Below, piece by piece: positions 40,095-53,330 of a stretch of 64,000 bases of DNA; the stretch's first letter is position 1, and each line of letters starts with the position of its first letter. The DNA comes from the human T2T-CHM13v2.0 reference genome, Homo sapiens. The position numbers were made by a program, and so were the translations under genes. The notes below the pieces were generated by a model. That model did not search any database. It saw only the letters and a list, made by a program, of their open reading frames with translations, and had not been told where the DNA came from. Location: assembly GCF_009914755.1 (NCBI RefSeq), contig NC_060938.1, one strand, 5' to 3'.

Positions 40095-40345
40095 AGCCCT
40101 TTGGTAGTGAACTCTAAGGCATTAGAGTCAACTGGCCTGAGTTTGAATCCTGCTTTTATACTTACCATGTGGCCTTGGACAAGTTATTGAACCTTTTTGA
40201 GTGTTGGTTCCCATATCTATACAATGGTGATAATACAGCTAATCACAACTTTTGAAGGTCCTACATTTGAAGAGAAAATGTGAAAATTCATGGAATGCAC
40301 TTAGCATAGCACCTGACTTGAAGGTAATACTATTAAATGCTTTAA
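40095..40345 (+). mobile_element. MIR
   Basis: gagtcaactggcctgagtttgaatcctg..gccttggacaagttattgaacc..gcacttagcatagcacctg. Confidence 0.8.
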
Positions 40346-40973
40346 GAATACATATATTTTTCTGGTCCGTTTGCAAGACATCAGTACCGATGTGTGTTTG
40401 AACTCTTCAGGGTAACTGGCAGTTGGCATGGATGGCAGAGTACCTTAAGTAAGTTGGTTTGAGGTTGAATTCCCTTGCTTGAGTGGATGCACAGGCCCAT
40501 CTTACTGTTGTGTAATTCAAATTTTTTAGCTTCAGCCTTGATGACAGGCTCGCATAACATGCTGCAAGCCCCCCTGTAATTGTGGCTGGATGAAAAGAAT
40601 ATATGGGATAATGATATGACTTTTTCCTCTCCTTGCTCAACACTGTGGTATAGAAGGAAGAGGGCTCTCCAGAAAACACTTTCAGAATGGCAAGAGCACG
40701 TGTGTTGGTTTGTTTTAGAACACATAGTTCTCGGATTCTGTTCCTGATGGACTTGGTTAGGCCTGTGGGGTTGAGGTTCACTGTATAGGAGATGGTTAGA
40801 ATTCAGTGCTATGCAAGCAAGTGTGATTCATGGCCACTGAAGCCTTTGCAGAAATGTTAATGTTTGTGAAGTCCTCTAAAGTTCATATTTTCCGTGCATC
40901 TGGAAATTCCACTTACCAAAATTGAATTGTCGCTATTTGACCATAATTTCCATTCCTTTCTGAATGGAAAGGA

Positions 40974-41135
40974 CTTTCTGAAGGGTGAGTGCCTGCTCCT
41001 CTTAGTGACTGCTGTGTCTACCCAAACCACCTTGATTCTTCTCTTGGTGCCTTGTTAGCTCACACAGAATGTCCCCAAATCAGAGTTTATGCTTCCATAT
41101 CTGTGCCTTGCTATGGGAACAGTTGGAACCCAAGT
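40974..41135 (+). repeat. Copy 2 of a ~163-bp dispersed duplication
   Basis: Same orientation, ~1.29 kb downstream of copy 1. Confidence 0.95.
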
Positions 41136-41371
41136 AACTAGTCTGGGATTGCACTTGATTGAGGGCTCAGACCTTCTCTCCAAATTTCTCCTTCTTCAGT
41201 CTTCTTTCACTTAACAAACTGAGGAGCTTCCTGGATTTTTTATTGAACTCTGTGAAGACAAGTTTAGGTATCTGTCCATTCTTCATCACAGTCTAGTGCT
41301 GAGCCAGCCACTACTTCCTTTCCTTCCACCCTCCTTGTCAGTGATAATTTTAAGGGAACAGACTCCTTCAT

Positions 41372-41515
41372 CAGAGTTTCTCAAATTTTGGTGTGCACAC
41401 AAATCCCCTGGGATCTTTATTAACAAGCTGATTCTGATTTAGGAGGTCGGGGGTTGGCCTGAGATTCTGTATTTCTAATAGGTTTCCGGGTAATTCCCAT
41501 GCTGCCAGTAAACAG
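41372..41515. mobile_element. MER5A fragment
   Basis: tttctcaaatttt..ctgattctgatttaggaggtcgggg..cctgagattctgtatttctaa. Confidence 0.75.
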
Positions 41516-42559
41516 ATCAAGAGATCAAGTATAACTTCATCCTAAGTTATGTATATGAGGTTCTATAGGGATTTGATTCTCCAAACATTTATTGAACCTT
41601 TCAGCAAATGCAGCCATTTTTCCTCCCTGAATCCTCAGTTTGAGCTTTCTGATCATTTTATCTTTTGGCAGTGCTTAACACTGCAGCCTTAATCAGCTCT
41701 ACTCCTCTTGATTAGTTCCTCTTGTATTGGTATTTATCATCCACTTAGAATTTCAGTCCTTGTGTATGTGGCTATTGCTGTGACAAGCAGTATATACTAT
41801 ATATAAATGTGTAGTCAGCTGCAGTGACTCTCTTGGGGCCATTTTGCTTGCACTGGCTTTTGGCTCTTACTCTCCCCTTTGTTGATCTCACATTCAGATT
41901 CACGGCTTTGTGAAACTCAGTGATATATATCTATCTATCAGAATCCCTTTTTAGGGTGTCTACTATTGACACTTTCCTGGATAACTCTAACCCTCATGAA
42001 AAATTGGTTAGCATCAATCTTTTTGTCATCTACTCCCTTGTTTAATAGGCACACAGAAGCAAGCTAAGATTTCTTTGGCTACCTCATGTGATGAAACAAT
42101 GAATTAAGAAAACCCAACCAATATGCTTAAAAACATCTCCCCACCTTTCTCTATTCAAAAACTAGGAACACATCTGAGAGCATATAGGAATGGAAATTTG
42201 GGACAGCCAATTTTTTGGAATTGAATGAAGTGATCTAGAGTATAGAAAACAACATGTCTTTGGTTGGAAGCATAAGCTATAGCATCGGACATTTCCTCCT
42301 TCCCTGGCTGTCTATTCATAATTCCCATCTCACAAGCACTTTACTAGATTACCTAAAATTAGTAACACAAACAATTAAAAGTACTTTACTAAATTATGAC
42401 AAGAAGGTGAACCATTGAGTGCAGGTCTCAGTTTTTCAGTTGTTCCCAAGCTCAACTGTGCATTACCATGGCTGGGGGAGCTTGTTAAAAATACAGATAT
42501 CTAAACTCAAACTCCCAAGATTCTCACTTAGGTAGGTATGGTGTTAGGATTTTTCTGCT

Positions 42560-43432
42560 GCCTTCTTTTCATCTCAAGGTTGGAGAGTCCCCAGGCTCAG
42601 ATGTCCCGTTCTCCAGCTGTGCTTTCTCCCTAGGTGATTTTATCTGGACTCAGAGATGTAAATACCAGGTATACACTTACACTTACATCTTCAGCCTGCT
42701 CCTCTCCCTCACACTCCAGACTAACGCATCAACCCCCGTCCAACAACTAAAACTTAATTTGTCTTCATTCCCTCCCAAATCAGTTTTTCCTGTAGCCTTC
42801 CCTAACTCCAAATATACAACTCTGTGCTTCCTGTAGCTGAGGTCAAATTTTTTTCTCTTACACTCCATATAAAATCTGTCAGCAAATCCCCAACTTTCAA
42901 AATATAACCCAAATCTTTTTACTCCTCACTATGGCCACTCCTTCTAATATGGTCTAAGTTCTCATAATTTTTCTCCTGAATTATGGCAATAGCCTTCTAG
43001 TTGATCTCTTTGCTGGGCCATCCACTACCACCTTTCTGACCTTGTCTCCTATCACCGTCTCCCTTGCTCCTGCCACTCCTGCCATGGTGCTTTCTTGCTC
43101 TTCCCGGAGTACCCAGGGCTTTTACAGTAGCTCTTCCTTCTGGCAGGAAGGCTCTCTACTGAGATATTTGCATGCCATGCTCCATCAATTTTTTTAGGTC
43201 CTTCCTTACACATGATCCTAGCAGAGGAAGCATCCCTGACCAATCCATATAGAATAATGAGAGCTCTGCAGCCCGACTTTATTTCTCTCTATAGTATGCA
43301 TCCCTGCCTGAGGGGTTTTACATTTTTGTTTGTTGTCTGGATCCCCCTACCACAATGTAAGCTTCGGGAGAGAAAGACTTTTATGCCAGTACTTAGTAGG
43401 CACTCAATAAATATTTGTTCAATGAATGAAAG
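42560..43432 (+). mobile_element. L2 3' region
   Basis: acatcttcagcctgctcctctccctcacactccagac..aaatctgtcagcaaatcc..gtaggcactcaataaatatttgttcaatgaatgaa. Confidence 0.85.
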
Positions 43433-43589
43433 GAAGAAAACTATATTTTCCAGAAACAGCTTCTTTTCTAAGCATCAGTGCCACATTTATAGTTAGAAGT
43501 TTATTGAGGGCAGGTGTCCTATCTAGCTCATGTCTGTGTCTTATGCAGCTGCACTAGGGATTTAATAAACATTCATTGAGTGAATGAAT

Positions 43590-43805
43590 AATTGTAGTGT
43601 AGAGGAAATGCCACAGACTTTAGAGAGAAGTGAGCCAGACTTAAGTTTCAGCTTAGCCTTGTATTAATCATGTGACTCAGACCGAGTTACTAAGCCTTCC
43701 TGAGCTGTTGCTTCCCCATAAAATAAGTTCTGTCTTTAGATGATTGTTTTAAGGATTAAATGAGATAGTATACAGAAACCTCTTACATATAGGGACTTAA
43801 CACAT
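43590..43805 (+). mobile_element. MIR
   Basis: catgtgactcag..aggattaaatgagatag. Confidence 0.7.
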
Positions 43806-43807
43806 TA

Positions 43808-43987
<180 letters not shown>

Positions 43988-44239
43988 TTAGGAACTCAGT
44001 ATATTGATATTGCTGCTGCGGTTCCTTATCCTGACCAATATTAACCACTTATATCCTTTCCTTTTCATTAAACTTACTCCCTGCTTCAGTTTCTTTAAAA
44101 TCCATGAAAGACACTAACCAAATCCAAGCTTTGGTAACTGAGCTCCTCACTGCTCCAAGTTCCTGGATCTTGGATTTATGAACATCGCAGATTTACCCTA
44201 AAGACTCAGGGAAAGAGAATGAATGGCCATACATTTGTA

Positions 44240-45335
<1,096 letters not shown>

Positions 45336-47437
45336 GGGGAGAGGGATGGATTAGGGGTGGCCTGTGTGTCCATGTGGGAGTGCGAACTGGAAGGAAGGAG
45401 AATTTAAATTCTACATGTTAGGGCTTCCTAAGCCATCTCTTCCTCATAAGGAGATAAAAGTTCTGTCTTCATATGATTATTCTAAAAATTAAATGAGATA
45501 GCACATAGAAGCCTCTTAATTTAGGGACTCAGGCTATGTATACTCAGTCTTGGTTGCCCCTGTCATCCCGCCCACTGACAGCTGATGCCACAACAAAGCA
45601 ATGTGCTGGAATGAGTCAGCTTCCAAAATGTTGGAAAACCTCCACGTGTCAGGGTGACCTTGAAAGTGGGAATTCATGCTCCCTTGTTGCATATTCCCCC
45701 CAGATGGTTAACAGAAGGGCAGAGACTCTTTCTGGTATCCCCCTGTCCCCTAAGGAATAGGTATGAAGAATAGTGGGTTTCCAAAAACACCTCACTGGTA
45801 AATAGAATCGATTTTTCTGTTTCCTATCTTTCTGGATCATACTTTTGCTGGCTTGAATGGGGGAGGTGACTGTGTAAGTTTAAAATGTTCCTTTAAGAAT
45901 TCATTATATGCCAGAGAGTGAAGAAAGGATTAATTAAGCAAAGTAGAACTTGGAAGGTGATTTAACTGCAGTTAGTCATCATCTTTAACCTTGGCGTTTT
46001 CATTATGCTCAGGAACCACACTCCTCTGGATTACTTTGTCATGTGATGGCTCACTCCTCATGCAGCTATTCCTAACCCCAAAGGATAAGAGCAATTGACT
46101 CAGATCAGCATCAATGGGTGGCTTCCTTCCTTGGGAGAAGTACCTCGGGGGGTGAAGATGAATCGGATTGCAATCAAAACACAGAAAGGGAGAGATAGGG
46201 TGGAGTCGGAGAAGAGTCATTTCCTAATTTAAGTTGACTTTCTCTTACCTTTTTTTGTGGTTCTTGAGGATAGAGTTGAGACTGAGTCTTTTCCAAGACT
46301 TCAGGCCCCACTAGATGGCTTCTTCCTCTGCAGGCCTGGCCCCTTGCTGGAAACTCCCTTCCTGGCCTAGCTGTAGGGACACCAACTCTCCTGCTTACCC
46401 TCCAGCCCAAAGAGTGGCCATGACTTCTTACAATTGCTCATCTGGGGGAAGTTGCACTATTTGTTAGGATTCTCAGCTTTTTTCCTCTTTTTTTAATAAT
46501 CTGTGAAACCAGTTCTCTGTACCAAATACACTTTTGTTTCAAAGATACAGAATGGCTTTTGTTTTCTGGACTGTACCCTCACTGGTCTGCTTAGCTAAAG
46601 CAACTTCTAAATTTTATAAATTACATATTATAAATTATCACATTGTTTTTGAGACTTTTTTCAATATATGAAGCTGAAAATATTGATGTGAGTCTGTATG
46701 GATGTATATACCTATCCAGTCATGGCTTTGTTTAATACTTATATACCACTCTGAATTTTCTGCAGGTGGATATTGGAACATGGAACATTGATTTTCCACT
46801 CATAGACCAAAAGCTCCTAGAGAATGTCTGAATAGTTTTTGACTTGATCTCCCTTTGTGTCATCAAATCTTTGCTACTAACTAGGGGTATGATTTTGGAA
46901 TTTTATGTAACTTCTCTGTGCCTCAATTTATTATGCATCTGTAAAAGAAGAAATGTGTAATGGGTCATTTAAAAACTTAGCCTCAAAACTCCTTTTGTTT
47001 TTTTTTAAAAAAATCTGACCTGAGCCTCCACATGTAAAGTGGGACCTTCTAAGCTTGCCTCCCTGACCTCCAGATGACCTTCCTTGGTCTCCTACATTGA
47101 CCTGAGTCACCACTGCCTAAACCTGGAGCACAAAGTGACTGGGTGCAGAGTGCTCACATTCTGCTCTGAAAGCTTTTGATTTTCAACTTCTTGAAGGAAT
47201 CCAGCAATAATGACTGTTTTGCCAGAATTGTATTTCTCAGTTTTTTAACTAAGATGTAAACAAGCCCAACATTTTTAAACCTGTTTTTAGTTCTCTTAAT
47301 TGGCTGTAGTGTGAAGGAGGAAAACCTCTGTTTCCTTGGAATACATAAGGTGTCATTAGAAAAAGTGCCAACAGGTAAGTATCTTACCATAAGTAAAAAA
47401 ATTGGGCCTGCACTCATAAAAGGATGTTCACATTTCC

Positions 47438-47721
47438 GGCCGGGCGCGGTGGCTCATGCCTGTAATTCCAGCACTTTGAGAGGCCGAGGTGGGCGGCTCA
47501 TGAGGTCAGGAGATCAAGACCATCCTGGCTAACATGGTGAAACCCCGTCTCTACTAAAAATATAAAAATTAGCCAGGCGTGGTGGTGCTTGTCTGTAGTC
47601 CCAGCTACTGAGGCAGGAGAATGGCTGAACCCAGGAGGTGGAGCTTGCAGTGAGCCAAGATAGTGCCACTGCACTCCAGCCTGGGCGATGGAGAAAGACT
47701 CTGTGTCAAAAAAAAAAAAAA
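47438..47721 (+). mobile_element. AluY/Sc-like with small internal deletions
   Basis: ggccgggcgcggtggctca..gagatcaagaccatcctggctaac..gagcttgcagtgagcc; perfect 17-bp TSD AGGATGTTCACATTTCC (47421-47437, 47724-47740). Confidence 0.97.
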
Positions 47722-48149
47722 CCAGGATGTTCACATTTCCTAAATGTAGTATCCTATGGATATAGCCATGGCTTGCCCTAGTGCCTGACCACAAGTCTGC
47801 TCCTCCTGCTCAGAGAACTTATTAGCCTCAACTCTGCTCTGCCTTAGATGCTGGAGCAATCCTGTCCTTGTTGGGATTTCCAGGGGCCCTAGCAAGATGC
47901 TCATAACTTAGCTTCAATATTGCTGGGGCTCTGACTTTGACTTTTCTCTCAGTTCAGTTGCATCCCTGACTCCAGGCTTCCCCTTAGCCTCGATAATGAA
48001 ATAAAATTCACCTTGTTTCCGTGTGCCTGATTCCCATTCCTGATCACCTGTTGAGAATCCTAGTCCCACCAGGCCTGCCTTACCAATTTCTCCCCAGGAT
48101 TGGGCACTACACTATTTCCTGTTCAAAGCCTTCTGTGATGATAATTACC

Positions 48150-48275
48150 TTTTTTTTTTTTTTTTTTTTTTTTTTTGAGACAGAGTCTCATTCTGTTGCC
48201 CAGGCTGGAGTGCAGTGGCATGATCTCAGCTCACTGCAACCTCCACCTCCTGGGTTCAAGCGATTCTCATGACCT

Positions 48276-48277
<2 letters not shown>
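48150..48277 (-). mobile_element. Alu 3' fragment between two long poly(T) tracts
   Basis: T27 + gagacagagtctc..gcgattctcatgacctcc + T31. Confidence 0.9.
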
Positions 48278-48315
<38 letters not shown>

Positions 48316-48467
48316 TGAAGGTTTATGGCACTTCTGTGTCAAGCAAGCATATCACCATCATTTTTCCAACAGTCTGTGCTCAATTCCTGTCTCTGTGCCA
48401 CATTTAGTAATTCTTGCAAAATTTCAAACTTTTTCATTATTTTTACATCTATTATGGTGATGTGTGA

Positions 48468-50344
48468 TATCGGGGAACCTGCCCCCAATATTTCACCATA
48501 GGTTCTTTCTATTTTCCCTAAGTGTCAGCCAGCTGAGTAATAAAGAGAAAGAGTACAAAGAGAGGAATTTTACAGTTGGGCCACCAGGGATGATATCACA
48601 TATCGGGAGGACTGTGATGCCCACCTGAGCCGCAAAACCAGCATGTTTTTATTAAGGACTTTAAAAGGGGAGGGGGTGTATGAACAAGGAGTAGGTCACA
48701 AAGATCACATGCATCAAAGAGCAAAAAGGAGAACGAAGATCACATGCCAATAAAGATCACAAGGCAAAGGGCAAAGCAAAGATCACAAGGCAAAGGGCGA
48801 AATCAAAAACTCCTGATAAGGGTCTATGTTCAGCTATGCACGTATTGTCTTGATAAACATCTTAAACAACAGAAAACAGGGTTCAAGAGCAGAGAACTAG
48901 TCTGACCTCAAATTTACCAGGGTGGGGTTTCTTCCCCACCCTAATAAGCCTGAGGGTAGGCTTCCTCTCATTCCCCAAATTTTTCTTCAGTAACAATGAT
49001 GGGATCTAAGTCCTGAACCACTTGGTTCCTATGGTTCTACTCCAGTTAAACCTTCCATGCCTAATCTGTGTCAGGGACTAGTATTTTACATAACACCATT
49101 TGCTTATTAGAAAATACAAAGTACAAATTCCTTTCCAGTTCCAAACTATCCAGTCTCTCTCTCACACCTGCCATTCTTCCGTTAAACATATGATGACAGA
49201 GTGCTATTAGAGGTTAATAAATAAATAGCACTTGGGAGCTTGCAATATAGTGGGGAAGAGATTCTAAATGGATAGACAATTGTAATACATTCTGATAATG
49301 ATGTAAGTTGCTCTCGGAATACAGAATAAGAAGTCCAAACTCTGAGGGCTTCCGATAGTGGTGAGGGAAGGAGTAGTTCCAGGGAAAATCTAAGCAGGGG
49401 ATTACACACATTAGAGGAAGGTCAAGTCAGTGGGTGTGGCTGTAGCACCAAAGTTAAGCTGAAAAGGTAGAAGATGATGGCCTTTTATGCCAGGTCAAGG
49501 AGTTGGATTCTGTTGTTCAGCAACTGGAGCTATGGGAGGGTTTGAAGTACAAACATACCTTGTCTTACTGCACTTTACTTTTTTCTTTGCAAATTTTGAG
49601 ATAAACATCTTAAACAACAGAAAACAGGGTTCGAGAGCAGAGAACTAGTCTGACCTCAAATTTACCAGGTTGGGGTTTCTTCCCCACCCTGATAAGCCTG
49701 AGGATACTGCAGGAGAGCAGGGCGTATTTCAGTCCTTATCTCAACTGCATAAGACAGACACTCCCAGAGCGGCCATTTGTAGACCTCCCCCCAGGAATGC
49801 ATTCCTTTCCCAGGGTCTTAATTATTAATATTCCTTGCTAGGAAAAGAATTCAGCGATATCTTCCCTACTTGCACATCTGTTTATAGGCTCTCTGCAAGA
49901 AGAAAAATATGGCTCTATTCTGCCCGACCCCACAGGCAGTCAGACCTTATGATTGTCTTCCCTCGTTCCCTGAAAATCATTGTTATTCTGTTCTTTTTCA
50001 AGGTGCACTGATTTCATACTGTTCAAACACACGTTTTACAATCAATTTGTACAGTTTAACACAATAGTGGTCCTGCTTACAAAGATAACAGGATTAAGAG
50101 ATTAAAGATAGGCATAATAAATTATAAAAGTATTAATTTTGGGAACTGATAAATGTCCATATTAAAATGAAATCTTCACAATTTATGTTCAGAGAGTGAA
50201 GTAAAGACAGGCGTAAAAAATTATAAAAGTATTAATTTTGGGAACTGATATATGTCCATATTAAAATGAAATCATCACAATTTATGTTCCTCTGCTGGGG
50301 CTCCAGCCAGTCCCTCCGTTTGGGGTCCCTGACTTCCCGCAACA
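48468..50344 (-). mobile_element. MER11 (HERV-K11/HML-8) solo LTR, interrupted at 48959-49599
   Basis: tatcggggaacctgccccc..ggggtccctgacttcccgcaaca; aaagatcacaaggc repeats; perfect 6-bp TSD GTGTGA (48462-48467, 50345-50350). Confidence 0.95.
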
Positions 50345-50599
50345 GTGTGATTGATAATCTTTGATGTTACCATTGTAATTATTTTGGGGGAGCATGAACT
50401 GTACCCATATAAGATAGAGAATTTAATAAGTGTTGTATATGTTCTGACTGCTCCATAGACTGGACAATCCCCCATTTCTCTCCCTCTCCTCTGACCTTCC
50501 TCTCCCTGAGACACAGCAATATTGAAATTAGGCCAATTAATAACCCTACAGTGGCCTCTAAGTGTCCAAGTGAAAAGAAAAGTCACATGTCCCTCTCTT

Positions 50600-50634
50600 T
50601 ACACTTGATCTTAGCCAAAAGGCAGAGAAATGAT
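50600..50634 (-). pseudogene. 3'-truncated U2 snRNA retrocopy (nt 1-35)
   Basis: Reverse complement ATCATTTCTCTGCCTTTTGGCTAAGATCAAGTGTA vs U2 ATCGCTTCTCGGCCTTTTGGCTAAGATCAAGTGTA (32/35); flanked by duplicated Tigger1 target sequence. Confidence 0.92.
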
Positions 50635-52550
50635 TACATGTCTCACTTTAAATCAAAAGCTATAAATGATTAAGCTTAGTGAGGAAGGCATGTCAAAAGC
50701 CAATAGAGGCTGAAAGCTGGACCTCTGGCACCAGTCAACCAAGTTGTGAGTGCAAAGGAAAAGCTCTTGAAGGAAATTAAAAATGTTATTCCAGTGAACA
50801 CATGAGTGATAAGAAAGTGAAAAAACCTTGTTGATACAGAGAAAGTTTGAGTGGCCTGGATAGAAGGTCAAATGAGCCACAACATTCCTTTAATAGAAGC
50901 CTAATCCAGAGCAAGGTCCTAACTCTCTTCAATTCTGTGGTGGCTGAGAGAGATGAAGGAGCTACAGAAGAAGAGTTTGAAGCTAGTAGAGATGAGTTCA
51001 TGCATTTTAAGAAAAGAAGCTGTTCTTTGTAACGTAAAAGTGCAAGGTGAAGCGGCACGTGCTGATGTAGATGCTGCAGCATGTTATACAGAAGATCTGG
51101 CTAAGATAACTGATGAAGGTGGCTACACTAAACAACAGATTTTCAATGTAGATGAAAATGTAGTTAGAGAGGAGAAATCAATCCTAGTTTCAAAGTTTCA
51201 GAGGACAGATTGACTTTCTTGTTAGGGGCTAATGCAGCTGCTGAGTTTAAGTTGAAACCAGTCCTCATTTACTATCCTGAAAATCCTGGGGCCTTTAAGA
51301 GTTATGCTAAATCTACTCTGTTTGTATTGTATAAATGGAACAACAAAGCCTAGATGGTCGGATATCTGTTTATAGCATGGTTTACTGAAAAAAAGGTTTC
51401 TTTCAAAATATTACTGCTCATTAGCAATGCACCTAGTGACTCAAGAGGTCTAGTGCAGATATACAAGAAGGTGAATGTTGTTTTCATGCCTACCAACACA
51501 ACATCCATTTTGACTGTTAAGACTTATATTACTTAAGAAATACATTTAATAAGGCAATAGCTACCATAGATAGTGATTCCTCTGGGTGAATGTTGGCAGA
51601 GTAAATTGAAAATCTTCTGGAAAGGAGTCACCATTCTAGACGCCATTAAGGACATTTGTGATTCATGGGAAGAGGTCAAAATATCAACAGAAGTTTGGAA
51701 GAAGTTGATTTCAATCCTTATAGATGGCTTTGAGGGGTTCAAGTCTTCAGTGGCAGATGCAACTTCAGATGTGTTAGAAATAGCAGAGAGCTAGATTAGA
51801 AGTTGAGCCCAAAGATGTAACTGAATTGGTGCAATCTTATGATAAAACTTTAAAAGATGAGGAGTTGCTTCTTGTAGATAAGCAAATAAAGTGGTTTATT
51901 GAGATGAAATCTACTCCTGGTAAAGATGCTGTGAACATCGTTGAAATGACAATAAAGGATTTAGAATATTACATAAACTTTGTTGATAAAGTAGCAGCAG
52001 GGTTTGAGAGGATTGACTCCAGTTTTGAAAGATGTTCCACTGTGGGTAAAATGATATCAAATAGCATCACACACTACATAGAAATCTTTTGTGAAAGGAA
52101 GAGTCAATCAAAGTGGCAAACTTCACTGTTGTTTTATTTTTAGAAATTGCCACAGCCACCCCAATCTTCACCAATCACCACCCTAATCAGTCAACAGACA
52201 TCACTATTGAGGCAAGACCCTCCACCAGCAAAAAGATTACAACTTGAAGGCTCAAATGATCATTACTAATTTTTAGCAATGAAGTATTTTTTAGTTAAGG
52301 TACATACATTGTTACATTAAGTACATACATTAAGTACAATGTGTGTACTTAATAAGTGCACACATGTTAAGGTACATACACTTAAGTGCACACATATTAA
52401 GTGTGCAGTAGTATGTCTAAAGAAACAATGTGTGTACCACTTTTCTATGTACTGGGAACCAAAAATAATTCATGTGACTTACTTTATTACAATATTCGCT
52501 TTATTGTGGTGGTCTGGAACCAAAATGACAATATCTGAGGTATGCTTGTA

Positions 52551-53330
52551 ATGAATTATCACAATCAGATTTGCATTTTAGAAAGGGTCTTTGGAGGAGG
52601 GCCTAAAAAGAGGCAAGATTGGATTAGGAAGACCGGTGGAGAAGCTCTAATGTAATAGTGGAGGCAAGAAATGGTAAGTGCTTAAACTAAAGTAATATCA
52701 GTAAAGATGGTCTGGGGTGGGAGCAGATTTGTAAAGTATTTGAGTTAGAATAGACGGGATTGGTGACCAGTTGGAAAGAGAAGTGGTGAAGGAGAGGGAA
52801 CTGCTGAGGATAACTCCCAAGTTTCTGCTTTGTGAGTTGGATAAGAATGGGGACACCAATCCCTGAGATGGGGAGTGCAGAAGGATGTTGGGGGAAAATG
52901 GTGAGCTTTGATTTGGATATTTTATGTGAGAAGTGTTTGGGGGATGCCAGGTGGAGATGTTCCATCGACACTCCACAGTCTAAAAATCACATCCAGCTCA
53001 AGAAAGACTTCTTGGCTTGAGATTAATTTGGAAACCATAAATATATACAGATGGCCATAAATTCTGGAAACATAGATAATAACATTTTGTCATGTATTTT
53101 AATACAGTATCAATAAATCATTTCTTATGTATTCACCTATGTTTCCAGACTTTGCAGCCATCATTTATAAATTGGCTGGAGCCAGATAGAATACAGATCA
53201 GACAGACAGAACGTATAAAGTGTGAAGAGAAAGGGATTGGATATAGAGTCTTGGGAACAACAATATTTATGGGACAAAGGCAAGTGAGAAGAAGCAGTGG
53301 AGATGGGGTGGGGTGGGGTGAGATTTAAAG
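52551..53330 (-). mobile_element. L2 remnant (host of Tigger1; upstream part at ~49200-49549)
   Basis: atcagatttgcattttagaaagg..gataactcccaagtttctg..gtgagctttgatttggatatttt. Confidence 0.8.

Larger units (their letters stand above)
48310..52548 (+). mobile_element. Near full-length Tigger1, fragmented (48310-48467, displaced 5' TIR 49550-49597, 50351-52548)
   Basis: acaaattgaaggttt..; transposase remnants in ORFs 50953-51213, 51573-51794 and 51826-52143; 3' TIR gaggtatgcttg + TA at 52549-50; 5' TIR TA + caaacatacct at 49548. Confidence 0.93.

Noticed and set aside
41530-41550. loxP-like ATAACTTC..AAGTTAT
   Set aside because: Only 7-8 bp arms with the wrong spacing; a chance match.
46180-46590. 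Possible old ERVL-type LTR
   Set aside because: Only the 3' end vaguely resembles LTR16/33-type ends; not enough support.
50105-50290. ~100-bp tandem repeat inside MER11
   Set aside because: Internal tandem repeats are a normal feature of MER11 LTRs.
50650-52143. Domesticated TIGD1-like transposase gene
   Set aside because: Broken into several frames by stops, frameshifts and deletions; an ordinary Tigger1 fossil.
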